Shown in pieces: positions 45,661 through 55,522 of a DNA stretch of 64,000 bases. The stretch is from assembly GCA_016742095.1 (NCBI GenBank), contig JACVCJ010000007.1:59854-123853 (forward strand), in the 5' to 3' direction. The notes under the pieces are model-generated. The model searched no databases and was not told the DNA's origin. It saw only the letters and a list, made by a program, of their open reading frames with translations. Within the stretch, counting starts at the first letter, position 1; each line of letters starts with the position of its first letter. The stretch is from Bacteroidia bacterium (GTDB taxonomy: Bacteria > Bacteroidota > Bacteroidia > CAIKAF01). Position numbers and translations under genes: made by a program.

Positions 45661-46950
45661 TTATTCCTCATCCGCACCGGGCAGTTCCAGCGCTTTGATA
45701 CTACCGATGGCATTCCCCGCGATCCCTTTCACTGAGCCGTACATCTGGTTGGTATTGAACAGTACCTTCTGTATCTGTTTTTCCCGCTTTTTCCAGATGG
45801 TCTCCATGGCACGGCGCTCGCTGTTCAGGTCTTCCTGCATCTGCGTAAAACCTTCCACAATGGCTTCTACCTGCATACGGAACTCGTTCCCGGTGAGAAA
45901 ATCATAGAGCATACTCATTTTTTCGCCCTTGTTTTCCTGTACGGCGGCGGCGTGCTGCAGCAGGATCACCGATTCGCGCAGTACAAAGCACAGACCTTTG
46001 AATTCTTCGTAGGTACAGATCCATATGCCCTCGCGCTGGCCCAGACGCTGCATGTCCTTCGGCAGCACATCGGTTACCAGTACGCCGAACTGGGCGCCTT
46101 TTTCGCGCATATCGGCCTTGAACTTCTCGATCCAGGCCGGCTGAAAGTCCTTGGTACGCTTGCTTTCGTAATAAATGGCCCCGATATTCGGGCGGTTGTG
46201 GGTATTGATCAGCTGCACGCAGTCGGCTCCGCGTACGCCTTTTTTGATCTCTTCGATCACGTCCAGCGGGAAATTTTCGCGCAGCCACTGCTCAATGGCC
46301 AGTTCCTGCACTTCGCCCTGCAGCTGCATGGAACCCTGCTGTGATTTACGCTGCAGTTCCTCGATCAGCTTTTTCTGGTCCTCGAATTTCTTTTCGTATT
46401 CTTTAAATTTCAGCTCATTACGTTCCTGTTCCTTACGGGCGGCCTCCTGGCGCACCAGTTCTTCCTTTTCGAGAAACTGTTTCTTGAGCGTCATTTCCAG
46501 GTCTTCGGTCTGGGTCTTCAGCAGGCGTTGCTGTTCCAGCAGTTCCAGCTCGCGCTGTTTCATCTGCCTGGATTCGAGTTGCTTTTTTTCCAGGTCTTCC
46601 TGCAGCATTTTCAGCTGCGCGCCCTGTTTTTCTTCCAGCTGACGGGCCAGTTCTTTCTTCTGCTCCTCCAGTTTCAGCTGCATTTCTTCGTCCAGCTTTT
46701 TGCGCTCGGCCTCCCGGGCGGCACTCAGGCGTTCCTGGAACAGTTCGTTCTCTTTTTTCTTTTTTTCCTCAAAGGCCAGGCGATCTGCTTCCAGGTTTTT
46801 CTTTTCTTCCTGCAGTAAGTGGCGCTGCCCGGCCATTTTCTGCTCCATTTCCCGGCGCAGCCGTTCTTCGGTCTGGTGGGCCAGTATTTCGTTGATAGCG
46901 ATCTCCGTGCCGCAGTTCGGACAGGTTATCTGTGTAGATTCGGTGCTCAT
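45661..46950 (-). CDS. DUF2130 domain-containing protein
   Basis: 429 aa with an N-terminal zinc-ribbon-like ITCPNCGTEI, a long E/K/Q-rich coiled coil and a globular C-terminal domain. This layout matches DUF2130. Confidence 0.7.
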   Translation of the reverse strand: MSTESTQITCPNCGTEIAINEILAHQTEERLRREMEQKMAGQRHLLQEEKKNLEADRLAFEEKKKKENELFQERLSAAREAERKKLDEEMQLKLEEQKKELARQLEEKQGAQLKMLQEDLEKKQLESRQMKQRELELLEQQRLLKTQTEDLEMTLKKQFLEKEELVRQEAARKEQERNELKFKEYEKKFEDQKKLIEELQRKSQQGSMQLQGEVQELAIEQWLRENFPLDVIEEIKKGVRGADCVQLINTHNRPNIGAIYYESKRTKDFQPAWIEKFKADMREKGAQFGVLVTDVLPKDMQRLGQREGIWICTYEEFKGLCFVLRESVILLQHAAAVQENKGEKMSMLYDFLTGNEFRMQVEAIVEGFTQMQEDLNSERRAMETIWKKREKQIQKVLFNTNQMYGSVKGIAGNAIGSIKALELPGADEE

Positions 46951-46958
46951 ACTCAGGC

Positions 46959-47459
46959 TTATTTCTTGGTTCGCATCAGCTCCAGGTCATTCTCAAAGGC
47001 AAATTTCATCTGTGCCCGTACAAAAGCGTCGTCCAGCGGCTGTTCCTTGATCTGCAGCTGCCGGTCAATAAATTCCAGGCGGGCGATCTGACCTTCGTCC
47101 GGTTGTTTGCCCATGCGGAAAATATCGAGGATCTCCTTGTATTCGTTACGAAAGGTTTCCAGGTAATACTGAAAAATATGTACGCTGGCGTCGCGGAATT
47201 CACCGTTACCATTAAAATCGGGCATGCGTTTCGTAAAGTCCACAATACCGTTCACCACAATAATGGCCACCTGACGGGCGCTGTCGGCGGCAGGCGGATT
47301 TTCCACCATATTTTCGCCGATCACCTGGTACAGTTGCACTATTTTTTCCTGGTTGGCAATAATGGCGTCATTGTACTCCCGGGCTGAATAAAATACCTGC
47401 GCGGCCGATGAAAAGGCGCAGAAAAAAACAGATGAAAGAATAAGAATAAATCGTTGCAT
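46959..47459 (-). CDS. hypothetical secreted protein
   Basis: 166 aa from the ATG at 47457-47459 (signal peptide MQRFILILSSVFFCAFSSAAQ). No family recognised. Confidence 0.55.
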   Translation of the reverse strand: MQRFILILSSVFFCAFSSAAQVFYSAREYNDAIIANQEKIVQLYQVIGENMVENPPAADSARQVAIIVVNGIVDFTKRMPDFNGNGEFRDASVHIFQYYLETFRNEYKEILDIFRMGKQPDEGQIARLEFIDRQLQIKEQPLDDAFVRAQMKFAFENDLELMRTKK

Positions 47460-47536
47460 ATCTGCAAAAGTAACGAAAAGCAATGGCGCACATTGTACAA
47501 AATATCTTTTCTATTCACCAAAAAATGTGAAGATTG

Positions 47537-49843
47537 TCACTGGCCGAAGATTTCGATCGCTCTTTGTGTACTCTGTACGTTCCAGGGCAGGGTAATGGAA
47601 TTACTGACGCGGTTCTTCTCGCCTTCGGTCAGGTGGAAACTGATCGAAATATCGTCTTTCTCGAAATTACTGAGGTCCATTTCGATATGCGTTATTTTTC
47701 CGCCGAAATAACCGCTCAGCAGCCAGGTGGCCGTTTCGTTGTTGTAGATCTGCACGGCCGTCACATTGCTGATCACCCCGTCGAAGGGGGCCATGAAGCC
47801 ATCCATGAGGCCGATCACGCTTTTTTTATTTTTATAACGGTCGTGGTCGCTGCGGATCTCATCGTTTATTTCCAGGAAAACGACCTCCGAACAGTTGGCA
47901 TTGAGCCATTCGCGCAGGTGGTACAGGTATTTTACCGTGACCAGGTCGCCATAGTTGTCGCGCACGCCCGAATCGAACAGGGAAATACGGGGTTCCGTAG
48001 GCAGGGTCACCGGCGGCAGTACCAGCGGGAAAGTGGCGTTCATGCGCAATGCCGTAAGCATGCTGAGTTTGGAGCCGTTATGGTTGTGAAAGAGCCGCAT
48101 AAACTCCAGGTCTTCCATTTTGGGGTGCCAGCTGATGTTATCCGGCATACTTTTTTCACTGAGGAAAGATATGGGCTGTGCGCTGATCATCATCCGGCGC
48201 CCGTCCTCTACCACGGTAGGCGACAGTATCAGCAGGGGGATCTCTGCGCTGAACTCCGGCCCGGCATAGGCCGTCAGTTCTTTATTGAATACACCGTGCG
48301 TATTTTTATTAAGCTGGTATTCAAAGGCCCAGCCCCGGTCCTTGCCATAACGACGGCCGTTATAGGTAAAATGACCGGTACGTATAAAAAGATCGTTGAG
48401 GGCAATATTGGCGGCAATGCGGTTCAGCATATCGCTGCTCATGTTCTTGGCCAGAGTATCGAGCCGGGTGCTGGCCAGCAGGCCGTTCTTCTGTTCGCGG
48501 TACAGTTCGCGGTAATACGCCGCGCCGATCATTCCGCCCGAAGAACCGGAGATCATGTGCACGTGGTCGAAAAAAGCGCCGTTCGTAACGCTGTCCAGGT
48601 GAGACAGGACCTCGTAGGCCCAGAGCGACATTTTAGTACCGCCGCCGCTGACATTCACAAAGACCAGCGCCGGTTTTTCCATGCCGTATTTGGCTTCCAG
48701 GTACGCACGCCGGTTTTCCAGGATATTCTCGTGCAGGTCTATATCTTCGTCGTGGTAGGGATTATTGCGGGCAAAATAGGCCAGGCTGTCTACGTTGTAC
48801 GTCAGGGGGTCGCGGTCGTAATCGAGCCCGTAGGCATAATTCTGGAACGTGATCCAGCGGTAACGTACCGAAGTATCGAGTAATATAAAAAGCAGCAGTA
48901 CCACTACCAGGTTCCAGCGGCCGAAAATATACTGGAAAGCGCCGGCAGCCATCATAAACAGCGTAAGCACCAGCAGTATGGCCGCCGAGGCCGGCAGCTG
49001 AAATTCGGGCACTTCGCGGAAGTAGGCAAAAACAAATATGATCAGCACCGTGATCAGCTGGAACATAAGGGCATTAAAGTGATTACGGTTAAATACCTTA
49101 TTGAGCAGTTCTTTGGGATAATGGTCCACGTTGCGGGCCGAACGTACCTGGAAGGGGTTGTGCATGTACGTGTACGTACGCCAGGGATTGGGACCGCGGC
49201 GCTGCGGGGTTTCCGTAACGATCTGCTTGGGCAGCCGGAACGTGCGCACCCGGGTAATACGGTGTTTGCGGCGTACCTTAAGGCCGGGCAGCTCTTCGGG
49301 GTCGATGCCGAAAATGCGTTTCAGGTCGTTGTTTACGGCAAAAAAGTACCCCAGCAGTACAAAAATGAAAATGCAGAAGCCGGCCATCAGTCCCAGTACG
49401 CTGGGCAGAAAGGTTTCGGACTGTCCCAGGTTTTCGGCGTTGTTCTTGAAAAAGTACAGCTCGCGTACATACAGGACCAAAAAGCCGATGGGCAGAATGG
49501 CATTGTTGATGCAATACTTGTAGAACGGGCGCCGCAGTGTGGCCAGGAAAGGGAAGCGCCGGCTGTTGATCAGGTACGACGACAGGTTAAAGGCCGAAAT
49601 AAAGCCGCCCAGGGTCAAACCTACAATGAAAAAGGCCCAGAAGCCTGAAGTACCCAGGTATTCCGGTTCCAGGAAAAGAAAACGGATGCCCAGGCCGATA
49701 CCCCACCAGCCTTTTACCAGGGCCACCAGGAACGCCCAGAAAAACATAATGAGAAAGTTCCGTTGTATATGCACCAACACTAACTGTGCCGGGAAAAAGA
49801 ACAGGATCTTCCGCAGTATGGGATATTTATTCAGTGGCGACAT
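47537..49843 (-). CDS. patatin-like phospholipase family protein with an N-terminal multi-pass membrane domain
   Basis: 768 aa. About 330 N-terminal residues carry several TM helices. The patatin motifs follow: SGGGTKMS (oxyanion), GSSGG (GxSxG nucleophile) and DSGVRDNYG (catalytic Asp). Confidence 0.8.
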   Translation of the reverse strand: MSPLNKYPILRKILFFFPAQLVLVHIQRNFLIMFFWAFLVALVKGWWGIGLGIRFLFLEPEYLGTSGFWAFFIVGLTLGGFISAFNLSSYLINSRRFPFLATLRRPFYKYCINNAILPIGFLVLYVRELYFFKNNAENLGQSETFLPSVLGLMAGFCIFIFVLLGYFFAVNNDLKRIFGIDPEELPGLKVRRKHRITRVRTFRLPKQIVTETPQRRGPNPWRTYTYMHNPFQVRSARNVDHYPKELLNKVFNRNHFNALMFQLITVLIIFVFAYFREVPEFQLPASAAILLVLTLFMMAAGAFQYIFGRWNLVVVLLLFILLDTSVRYRWITFQNYAYGLDYDRDPLTYNVDSLAYFARNNPYHDEDIDLHENILENRRAYLEAKYGMEKPALVFVNVSGGGTKMSLWAYEVLSHLDSVTNGAFFDHVHMISGSSGGMIGAAYYRELYREQKNGLLASTRLDTLAKNMSSDMLNRIAANIALNDLFIRTGHFTYNGRRYGKDRGWAFEYQLNKNTHGVFNKELTAYAGPEFSAEIPLLILSPTVVEDGRRMMISAQPISFLSEKSMPDNISWHPKMEDLEFMRLFHNHNGSKLSMLTALRMNATFPLVLPPVTLPTEPRISLFDSGVRDNYGDLVTVKYLYHLREWLNANCSEVVFLEINDEIRSDHDRYKNKKSVIGLMDGFMAPFDGVISNVTAVQIYNNETATWLLSGYFGGKITHIEMDLSNFEKDDISISFHLTEGEKNRVSNSITLPWNVQSTQRAIEIFGQ

Positions 49844-49883
49844 TCCTTCCTTAAAATTAGGGAAAAAGAATGAATTTTCCGGC

Positions 49884-51572
49884 TTAACCGATACGTTTAT
49901 GTACTTCGGCTATGATGGCATCGGCTTCGCTGAGCACGGCAGACTCCAGTGCAGAGGCCTTTGCCAGGATATCGTTCTTATAGGTTTCGTCCTTCAGTGT
50001 GGCTGCATTGATCTTTACGTTCAGGAAGGCGCCGCTCACCGCGGTTTTAATACAGAGTGCTCCTACTCCGCCGTCGCTCAGGCTGCTTTGCATACCGGTC
50101 TCTACCATGGCCTTCAGCACCGGCAATACAGCGCCTGCGCGCTGCATCACACGGTAAGGCACTTCAATGGCATAGCGGGTGGCCGCCTGTATCGCTTCGC
50201 TGCGGGCCGCCTTTTCGGCATCGGACTTATTGGGCAGACCAAAAGCGTCCATGATTTTATTGAAGGCCGCCGTATCTTCGTCTACCAGCTGCGTGAGCTC
50301 CGTTGCCAGTGCGGCGCCCTGTTCGGCCCAGTTGCTGTAGTATTCCCATTTATCGTCCCAGCCGCGTTTGTGTGAGCTCAGGTTGGCCACCATGGTACCC
50401 AGGGCAGCTCCCAGGGCTCCGGCCAGGGCGCTTATGCTTCCGCCGCCGGGGGCCGGGCTTTCACTCAGGGTCTCGTTCACAAAACCTTCTACGGTAAGAT
50501 CGGCCAGTTTTTTGCCTTCGCCGGCATTCAGTACGTATTCAATGATCTTTTTATCGGGATCGAAGGGTTTCAGTTCGTCGAGACCCAGCGATTTAACGGC
50601 AATTTTAATGATCTCCCGCTCCGGAATGCCCGTAGAGCGGTTCTGTTTGTGCAGGTAAAACTTACCGGCATCGATGAGCGACTGTTTCGGGATCAGTCCC
50701 ACCAGTTCGCTGCCCGTTACGCGTATGCCGCGCTCTTCCGATTTCAGTTTCACGGCCTCAAAGGCTTCGTGTACGCTGCAAACGGTAACATCGGTAAGGT
50801 TCATGGATATCTGGGCAATGCCGTATTCTTCAATGAACCAGCCGATGGCCTTTACGCTTTTGAGCATGCCGGGTTCAAAAACCGGTTCACCGTTGGCATC
50901 GAGCACCGGTTTTCCGGTAAGCGGATCGCCTTCGCGCAGGGCACGGCCTTTTTCGCGCACGTCAAAGGCAATGGCATTGGCGCGGCGGGTAGAAGTGGTG
51001 TTCAGGTTTACGTTATAGGCCACCAGGAAATTGCGGGCACCGATCACCATGGCGCCGAAACGCGGGTTAAACTCCTGCGGACCAAAATCGGGTTTCCACT
51101 CGGGGCGCAGTATTTTAGAGGCAAATCCTTCGTATTCACCGGCGCGGATCACGGCCAGGTTCTTACGTTCGGGCGTTGTGGCGGCAAATTCGTAAAAATA
51201 ACCGGGCAGGTTCAGCTCACGGCCTACTCGTTCGCCCAGGCGGCGGGCCCATTCCACCGTTTCTTCCATGCTGATGTTGGCAATGGGGATCAGCGGACAC
51301 ACGTCGGTAGCACCCATACGCGGGTGCTCGCCCGTGTGGCGGGTCATATCAATAAGTTCGTATGATTTTTTAATGGCTCGGAATGCAGCTTCGATCACTA
51401 CTTCGGGCGCTCCGGCAAAGGTAAAAACGGTACGGTTGGTAGCCTTGCCCGGATCTACGTCCAGCAGTTTCACACCGTCTACACTGCGAATCACTTCCGC
51501 GATCTGGTCCAGTATCTTACTATCTCTTCCTTCGGAAAAATTGGGAACACATTCGATAATCTGTGGCTGCAT
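49884..51572 (-). CDS. ftcD: bifunctional glutamate formimidoyltransferase / formimidoyltetrahydrofolate cyclodeaminase
   Basis: 562 aa. N-terminal IECVPNFSEGRD is the formiminotransferase hallmark. The helical domain of about 200 aa at the C-terminus is cyclodeaminase-like. Confidence 0.85.
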   Translation of the reverse strand: MQPQIIECVPNFSEGRDSKILDQIAEVIRSVDGVKLLDVDPGKATNRTVFTFAGAPEVVIEAAFRAIKKSYELIDMTRHTGEHPRMGATDVCPLIPIANISMEETVEWARRLGERVGRELNLPGYFYEFAATTPERKNLAVIRAGEYEGFASKILRPEWKPDFGPQEFNPRFGAMVIGARNFLVAYNVNLNTTSTRRANAIAFDVREKGRALREGDPLTGKPVLDANGEPVFEPGMLKSVKAIGWFIEEYGIAQISMNLTDVTVCSVHEAFEAVKLKSEERGIRVTGSELVGLIPKQSLIDAGKFYLHKQNRSTGIPEREIIKIAVKSLGLDELKPFDPDKKIIEYVLNAGEGKKLADLTVEGFVNETLSESPAPGGGSISALAGALGAALGTMVANLSSHKRGWDDKWEYYSNWAEQGAALATELTQLVDEDTAAFNKIMDAFGLPNKSDAEKAARSEAIQAATRYAIEVPYRVMQRAGAVLPVLKAMVETGMQSSLSDGGVGALCIKTAVSGAFLNVKINAATLKDETYKNDILAKASALESAVLSEADAIIAEVHKRIG

Positions 51573-51574
51573 AT

Positions 51575-51613
51575 TCTGATAAATTTGACGGTAAAATTAC
51601 ACAAACCGTCAAA
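51575..51613 (-). terminator. putative terminator hairpin after the type-A T9SS cargo gene
   Basis: Perfect 9-bp stem TTTGACGGT (51584-51592) / ACCGTCAAA (51605-51613). On the minus strand only a short U-tract (TTTATC) follows. Confidence 0.45.
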
Positions 51614-51636
51614 CCACGTATATACCTGCCGTTAAA

Positions 51637-54282
51637 TTATCGCTTCTGAAAACGGAACACTTTTTCCGCCGCCCCGGAAAGACGCAGTACATAAAGGCCG
51701 GACTTCAACTGTTCCACCGGCACCTGCAGGTAAAAACCGTCTTCCACGCTGCTGTTCCCCTGCCATACCGTTTTACCCGTAATATCCATAATGCTGTAAT
51801 GCAGCGCTCCGTCCTGCGGATACGGGCCTTCCACACGGATAAAGTCCCGGGCCGGATTGGGATACAGTTTCCAGCCCTCGTTATCTGCTCCAGCCGCCCA
51901 AAGCGGACAATGGACGGCGGACAGGGCTTTTACGCTACGCTCGCCGTTAAAGTCCTGCTGTACCAGGCGCAGGAAGCTGTGATCGGGCTGCAGAACCAGG
52001 TTTTCCGCCTGGTAGCCGGTAAGCTGGTTGGAGTTACCGGCGCCTTCCATCCGGCAGACCTCGGTCCAGGTATGTTCATCGGCCGATGCTTCCAGTATAA
52101 AAAAGGCATTGTTCACTTCGGATACACTGTTCCAGGAGGCCCTTACGCGGCCGTCTTCCTGACAGCCGGTCTGCCAGTGACCGATGGTCACCGGAAGGGG
52201 AGAATTTCCCGCTCCCGACAGCCAGAATTCCGAGAAACCCGTTACGCTGAAGCCCGAGAAGGAGGTCCCGTCAATATCGAAACCTGCGGCCCCTGCTGTA
52301 ACGCTTCCCGATTCGGCGGGTAAATGGAGGGTCACGACACCTGTTCCGCAGTTATCGTCGAAAATGTCATTTTCGTTCGTACCGCTGTACTTGGTCAGTT
52401 TCAGATCGGACACCGAATTTATGTCATCCCAGGGGTGCGTGTTCGCATTGGCCAGGGTGGCCAGGGACGTATGGTCTGCATCGTGCATATAAAAGCGCAG
52501 CAGTATATTACCCGTGGGCGCCGTATCGGAGCTGATGGTCCAGTGTTTACGAAGGGCCGGGTACAGGAACTGCGGCTGCGAAGCGTCACAGGCCTGTACC
52601 TGGGGTTCGGTCGGTTCGTTATAGCCCGTGAACTGTACCCAGCCCAGGTTGCTGGACTTGGGATTGAGGGAGGCAATAATGCGGTCTGTACCGGGCTGCA
52701 TAAAGTGTACAAAACGATCGCCCGCCTGTACCCAGCATCCCGTTTGATCGTTGCTGCTAAAAACGGAGGCCGGCACGGCCGGAACCTGCACCGTCACAGG
52801 TATCGCAACCTGCGCCTGACATCCGTTCACAGGGTTGGTGACCTCTACCGTGTATGAAGTGTTGGTAAGTATCGGACCGGAAAACAGCCGCAGCGTATCG
52901 TTATTGCCCGCAACAGGCGTACCGATGGCTGCTCCGCCGGATACCCGCAGCTGGTAATTGAGTGTAGAAAGGGCCGGGTATGCTTTTACAAGCGCATTTC
53001 CGCCGATGCAATTGCTGTTGGCTGCCTGCATGGAAGGCAAAGCCGGGGCCGGAAGTATCGTAATATTTTTCGGGGCCGAATAAAAAGGACAACCGGACGC
53101 ATTATAGCCCGTAACCATGTAGCGGCCGCTGCTGCCGGGTGTTATTACCTGTCCGTTCTGCCCGGTGTTCCACAGGTACGATGTATAGCCTGCCGTGGCG
53201 CTGAGGCTGGCGGCAGTACCCGAACAGAAGACCGTGTCCGGTGAGGTGGCAACGCTTACCATAGGCGGCGTGGGATCGTACTTAACGGCACCGTACACCC
53301 GCATGGAGGCCAGCACCGATGCCAGGGCACCCATGCTGATGCGCAGGCGGTTGAAAGAAGCCGAGGCATTGAAACCTACCAGTGTGGAAGGAGTTCCGCC
53401 CGATAACAGGGCCAGGCCCAGCAGGGAAGAAACCGTGCGGGTTTCCACCAGGGTAGCGCCGTTATAGGTGGCTATGTCTATATTACCGAGCAGGGTCACA
53501 TCGAGCAGTCCCGTACCATCGCCGATGAGAAAACCGGCATAGTCACCGGCATTACCGCCCGTGGGAAAAGACACTTCGATATACGTACGGCCGCCCACTC
53601 CAACGGGTACGGACATGGTAGCATAATTCGTGAGGCTGGCATCCGTTACATTGGCGGCCCCGCTTACCGAACACAGTACACATACGCCTGTAGTACCGCT
53701 GCCCGTGACCGTATTGGCATACTGCACCCCACAACCCGCGGCTGCGTTCACGTAAAAAGGATCGCCGGCATATACCTGGCTGGTCAGGTTCAGTATGCCG
53801 CCCAGGCTGATGCGTACCCGTGCAATGGTATAGGAGCCCGGCGGCGTGATCATGCTTACAGAATAGAGGTTTTGCGTGACGTCCATCACGTTGAGGTCGG
53901 TTGCTGCGAGCCCGTTCCGCTGCATAATGAGGTTCCCCGAAGGATCGAGCAGTTCTATACGCAGGGCGGCCAGCAGAGCGGCGTCGGAAAGCAGGCCCGA
54001 CTTACGGATAGGCACTCCCACCAGGGCTTCCGGCGAGGCCGCTGCAGAAAAACCCGTTTCCAGGCTTACATAGTTACCTACGCCCAGGTTATTGCGCATT
54101 TCGCTGTATGTGGCCGTATTTCCGTCTGCGGAAGCAGAGGGATCCACGATGCCGGCATTGCAGGGAACGCCGCAGGACGTATAGGCAATAAGCTGACCGG
54201 CATATACGATCTGCGAAGTAAGATGCTGATGGGTACATAATACAAGAAAGGCGCATGCAAACGCCCCGGGAAGGTATTTCAT
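51637..54282 (-). CDS. large secreted protein with a T9SS type-A (Por_Secre_tail) C-terminal sorting domain
   Basis: 881 aa with a signal peptide. The C-terminus WKLYPNPARDFIRVEG...YSIMDITGKTVWQG...LKSGLYVLRL is a typical type-A CTD. The body has no domain I can name. Confidence 0.8.
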   Translation of the reverse strand: MKYLPGAFACAFLVLCTHQHLTSQIVYAGQLIAYTSCGVPCNAGIVDPSASADGNTATYSEMRNNLGVGNYVSLETGFSAAASPEALVGVPIRKSGLLSDAALLAALRIELLDPSGNLIMQRNGLAATDLNVMDVTQNLYSVSMITPPGSYTIARVRISLGGILNLTSQVYAGDPFYVNAAAGCGVQYANTVTGSGTTGVCVLCSVSGAANVTDASLTNYATMSVPVGVGGRTYIEVSFPTGGNAGDYAGFLIGDGTGLLDVTLLGNIDIATYNGATLVETRTVSSLLGLALLSGGTPSTLVGFNASASFNRLRISMGALASVLASMRVYGAVKYDPTPPMVSVATSPDTVFCSGTAASLSATAGYTSYLWNTGQNGQVITPGSSGRYMVTGYNASGCPFYSAPKNITILPAPALPSMQAANSNCIGGNALVKAYPALSTLNYQLRVSGGAAIGTPVAGNNDTLRLFSGPILTNTSYTVEVTNPVNGCQAQVAIPVTVQVPAVPASVFSSNDQTGCWVQAGDRFVHFMQPGTDRIIASLNPKSSNLGWVQFTGYNEPTEPQVQACDASQPQFLYPALRKHWTISSDTAPTGNILLRFYMHDADHTSLATLANANTHPWDDINSVSDLKLTKYSGTNENDIFDDNCGTGVVTLHLPAESGSVTAGAAGFDIDGTSFSGFSVTGFSEFWLSGAGNSPLPVTIGHWQTGCQEDGRVRASWNSVSEVNNAFFILEASADEHTWTEVCRMEGAGNSNQLTGYQAENLVLQPDHSFLRLVQQDFNGERSVKALSAVHCPLWAAGADNEGWKLYPNPARDFIRVEGPYPQDGALHYSIMDITGKTVWQGNSSVEDGFYLQVPVEQLKSGLYVLRLSGAAEKVFRFQKR

Positions 54283-54377
54283 ACAAATTGTTATTAGTGT
54301 GTACCCTTACATACGCTCCAATAACAATAAGGTTGGGATTAATTAACCAGCGTTGCTGCTTACTTATTTAACGTAAT

Positions 54378-55100
54378 TCAGCGGGTGAGTTTCCGCAATA
54401 GCTTCACCATTTCCGTAGCGATATAATGTTCTTTCCACCAGTTCTGGTCCGAGGGTACAATATGCCATTTTACGGCCTTGCTGCAATCAGCAAAGATCCG
54501 TTCGTACATTTCGATGTACTCTTTGCGTTTTTCAAAGACCTGCATGTCCCCGTCGTTATACTTCCACTTTTTGCGCGGGTCGCTCTGGCGTTCCTGCAGG
54601 CGTTGCAGCCGTTCTTCGTCGCTGCAGTGCAGGTAAAACTTAAGTATATGCGTATCGGTAGATCTCAGCAGGGCTTCAAACGCGTTCAGGTGTTTTATAC
54701 GTTCCTTTATTTCCCTGGCATCGATCCATTTTTCTACCCCGGGCACCAGGATATCTTCGTAATGACTGCGGTTAAATATTTTGATCATTCCCTTCTCCGG
54801 CGCTTCTTTGTGTACACGCCAGAGGTAATCGTGCTTTGCCTCTTCTTCCGAAGGTTTTTTAAAGGCCTTTACCGAAACGCCCATGGGATTCATACCGCTG
54901 AACACGTTCTTGATGGCTCCGTCCTTACCGCTGGCATCCAGCCCCTGCAATACCACCAGCACACTGTCTTTGCCGCGTGCAAACAGGTCGTACTGCAGCA
55001 CTTCCAGTTCGGCCTTCAGCTGTACCAGTTCGGCTTTCGACTTGTCTTTATCCCTGCCCTGCGGGGCCCGGGTAGATATTTCTTTGAGACGTACCGCCAT
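54378..55100 (-). CDS. ppk2: polyphosphate kinase 2 family protein
   Basis: 240 aa with the Walker-A-like VLQGLDASGKDG and the PPK2 lid region (FNRSHYEDILV...). It is a single-domain PPK2. Confidence 0.85.
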   Translation of the reverse strand: MAVRLKEISTRAPQGRDKDKSKAELVQLKAELEVLQYDLFARGKDSVLVVLQGLDASGKDGAIKNVFSGMNPMGVSVKAFKKPSEEEAKHDYLWRVHKEAPEKGMIKIFNRSHYEDILVPGVEKWIDAREIKERIKHLNAFEALLRSTDTHILKFYLHCSDEERLQRLQERQSDPRKKWKYNDGDMQVFEKRKEYIEMYERIFADCSKAVKWHIVPSDQNWWKEHYIATEMVKLLRKLTR

Positions 55101-55137
55101 CGTTCGCTTCTTTTTTATTTTTGACCAAATTATAAAA

Positions 55138-55470
55138 ATGAAAACGATCGGACTGCTTTTTTTATCGAATGTATTTATGACCTATGCCTGGTACGGGCAC
55201 CTGAAAAACCAGGACCTGCCCTGGTGGAAGGCAGTACTGATCGGCTGGGGACTGGCATTCTTTGAATACCTGCTGATGGTCCCCGCCAACCGCATCGGTT
55301 ACCTGAGCGGCACCTTTACTGCGGCCCAGCTTAAAATCATACAGGAAGTGATCTCGCTTACCGTATTTGCACTATTCTCGGTCTTTTTCCTGAAAGAAAA
55401 GATCGGCTGGAACTATGCCGCCGCCTTTTTCTGCATTATGATGGCCGTGGTATTCATCTTCCGCAAATAA
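55138..55470 (+). CDS. DMT superfamily small membrane protein (DUF486)
   Basis: 110 aa from the ATG at 55138. MKTIGLLFLSNVFMTYAWYGHLKN... has about four TM segments. The upstream part of the ORF-track entry from 54883 is antisense to ppk2 and was rejected. Confidence 0.75.
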   Translation: MKTIGLLFLSNVFMTYAWYGHLKNQDLPWWKAVLIGWGLAFFEYLLMVPANRIGYLSGTFTAAQLKIIQEVISLTVFALFSVFFLKEKIGWNYAAAFFCIMMAVVFIFRK

Positions 55471-55522
55471 GAAAGGGACCCGAAGGCCCCCTCTCGATGA
55501 TGTGATTAGCAATATACTACTG

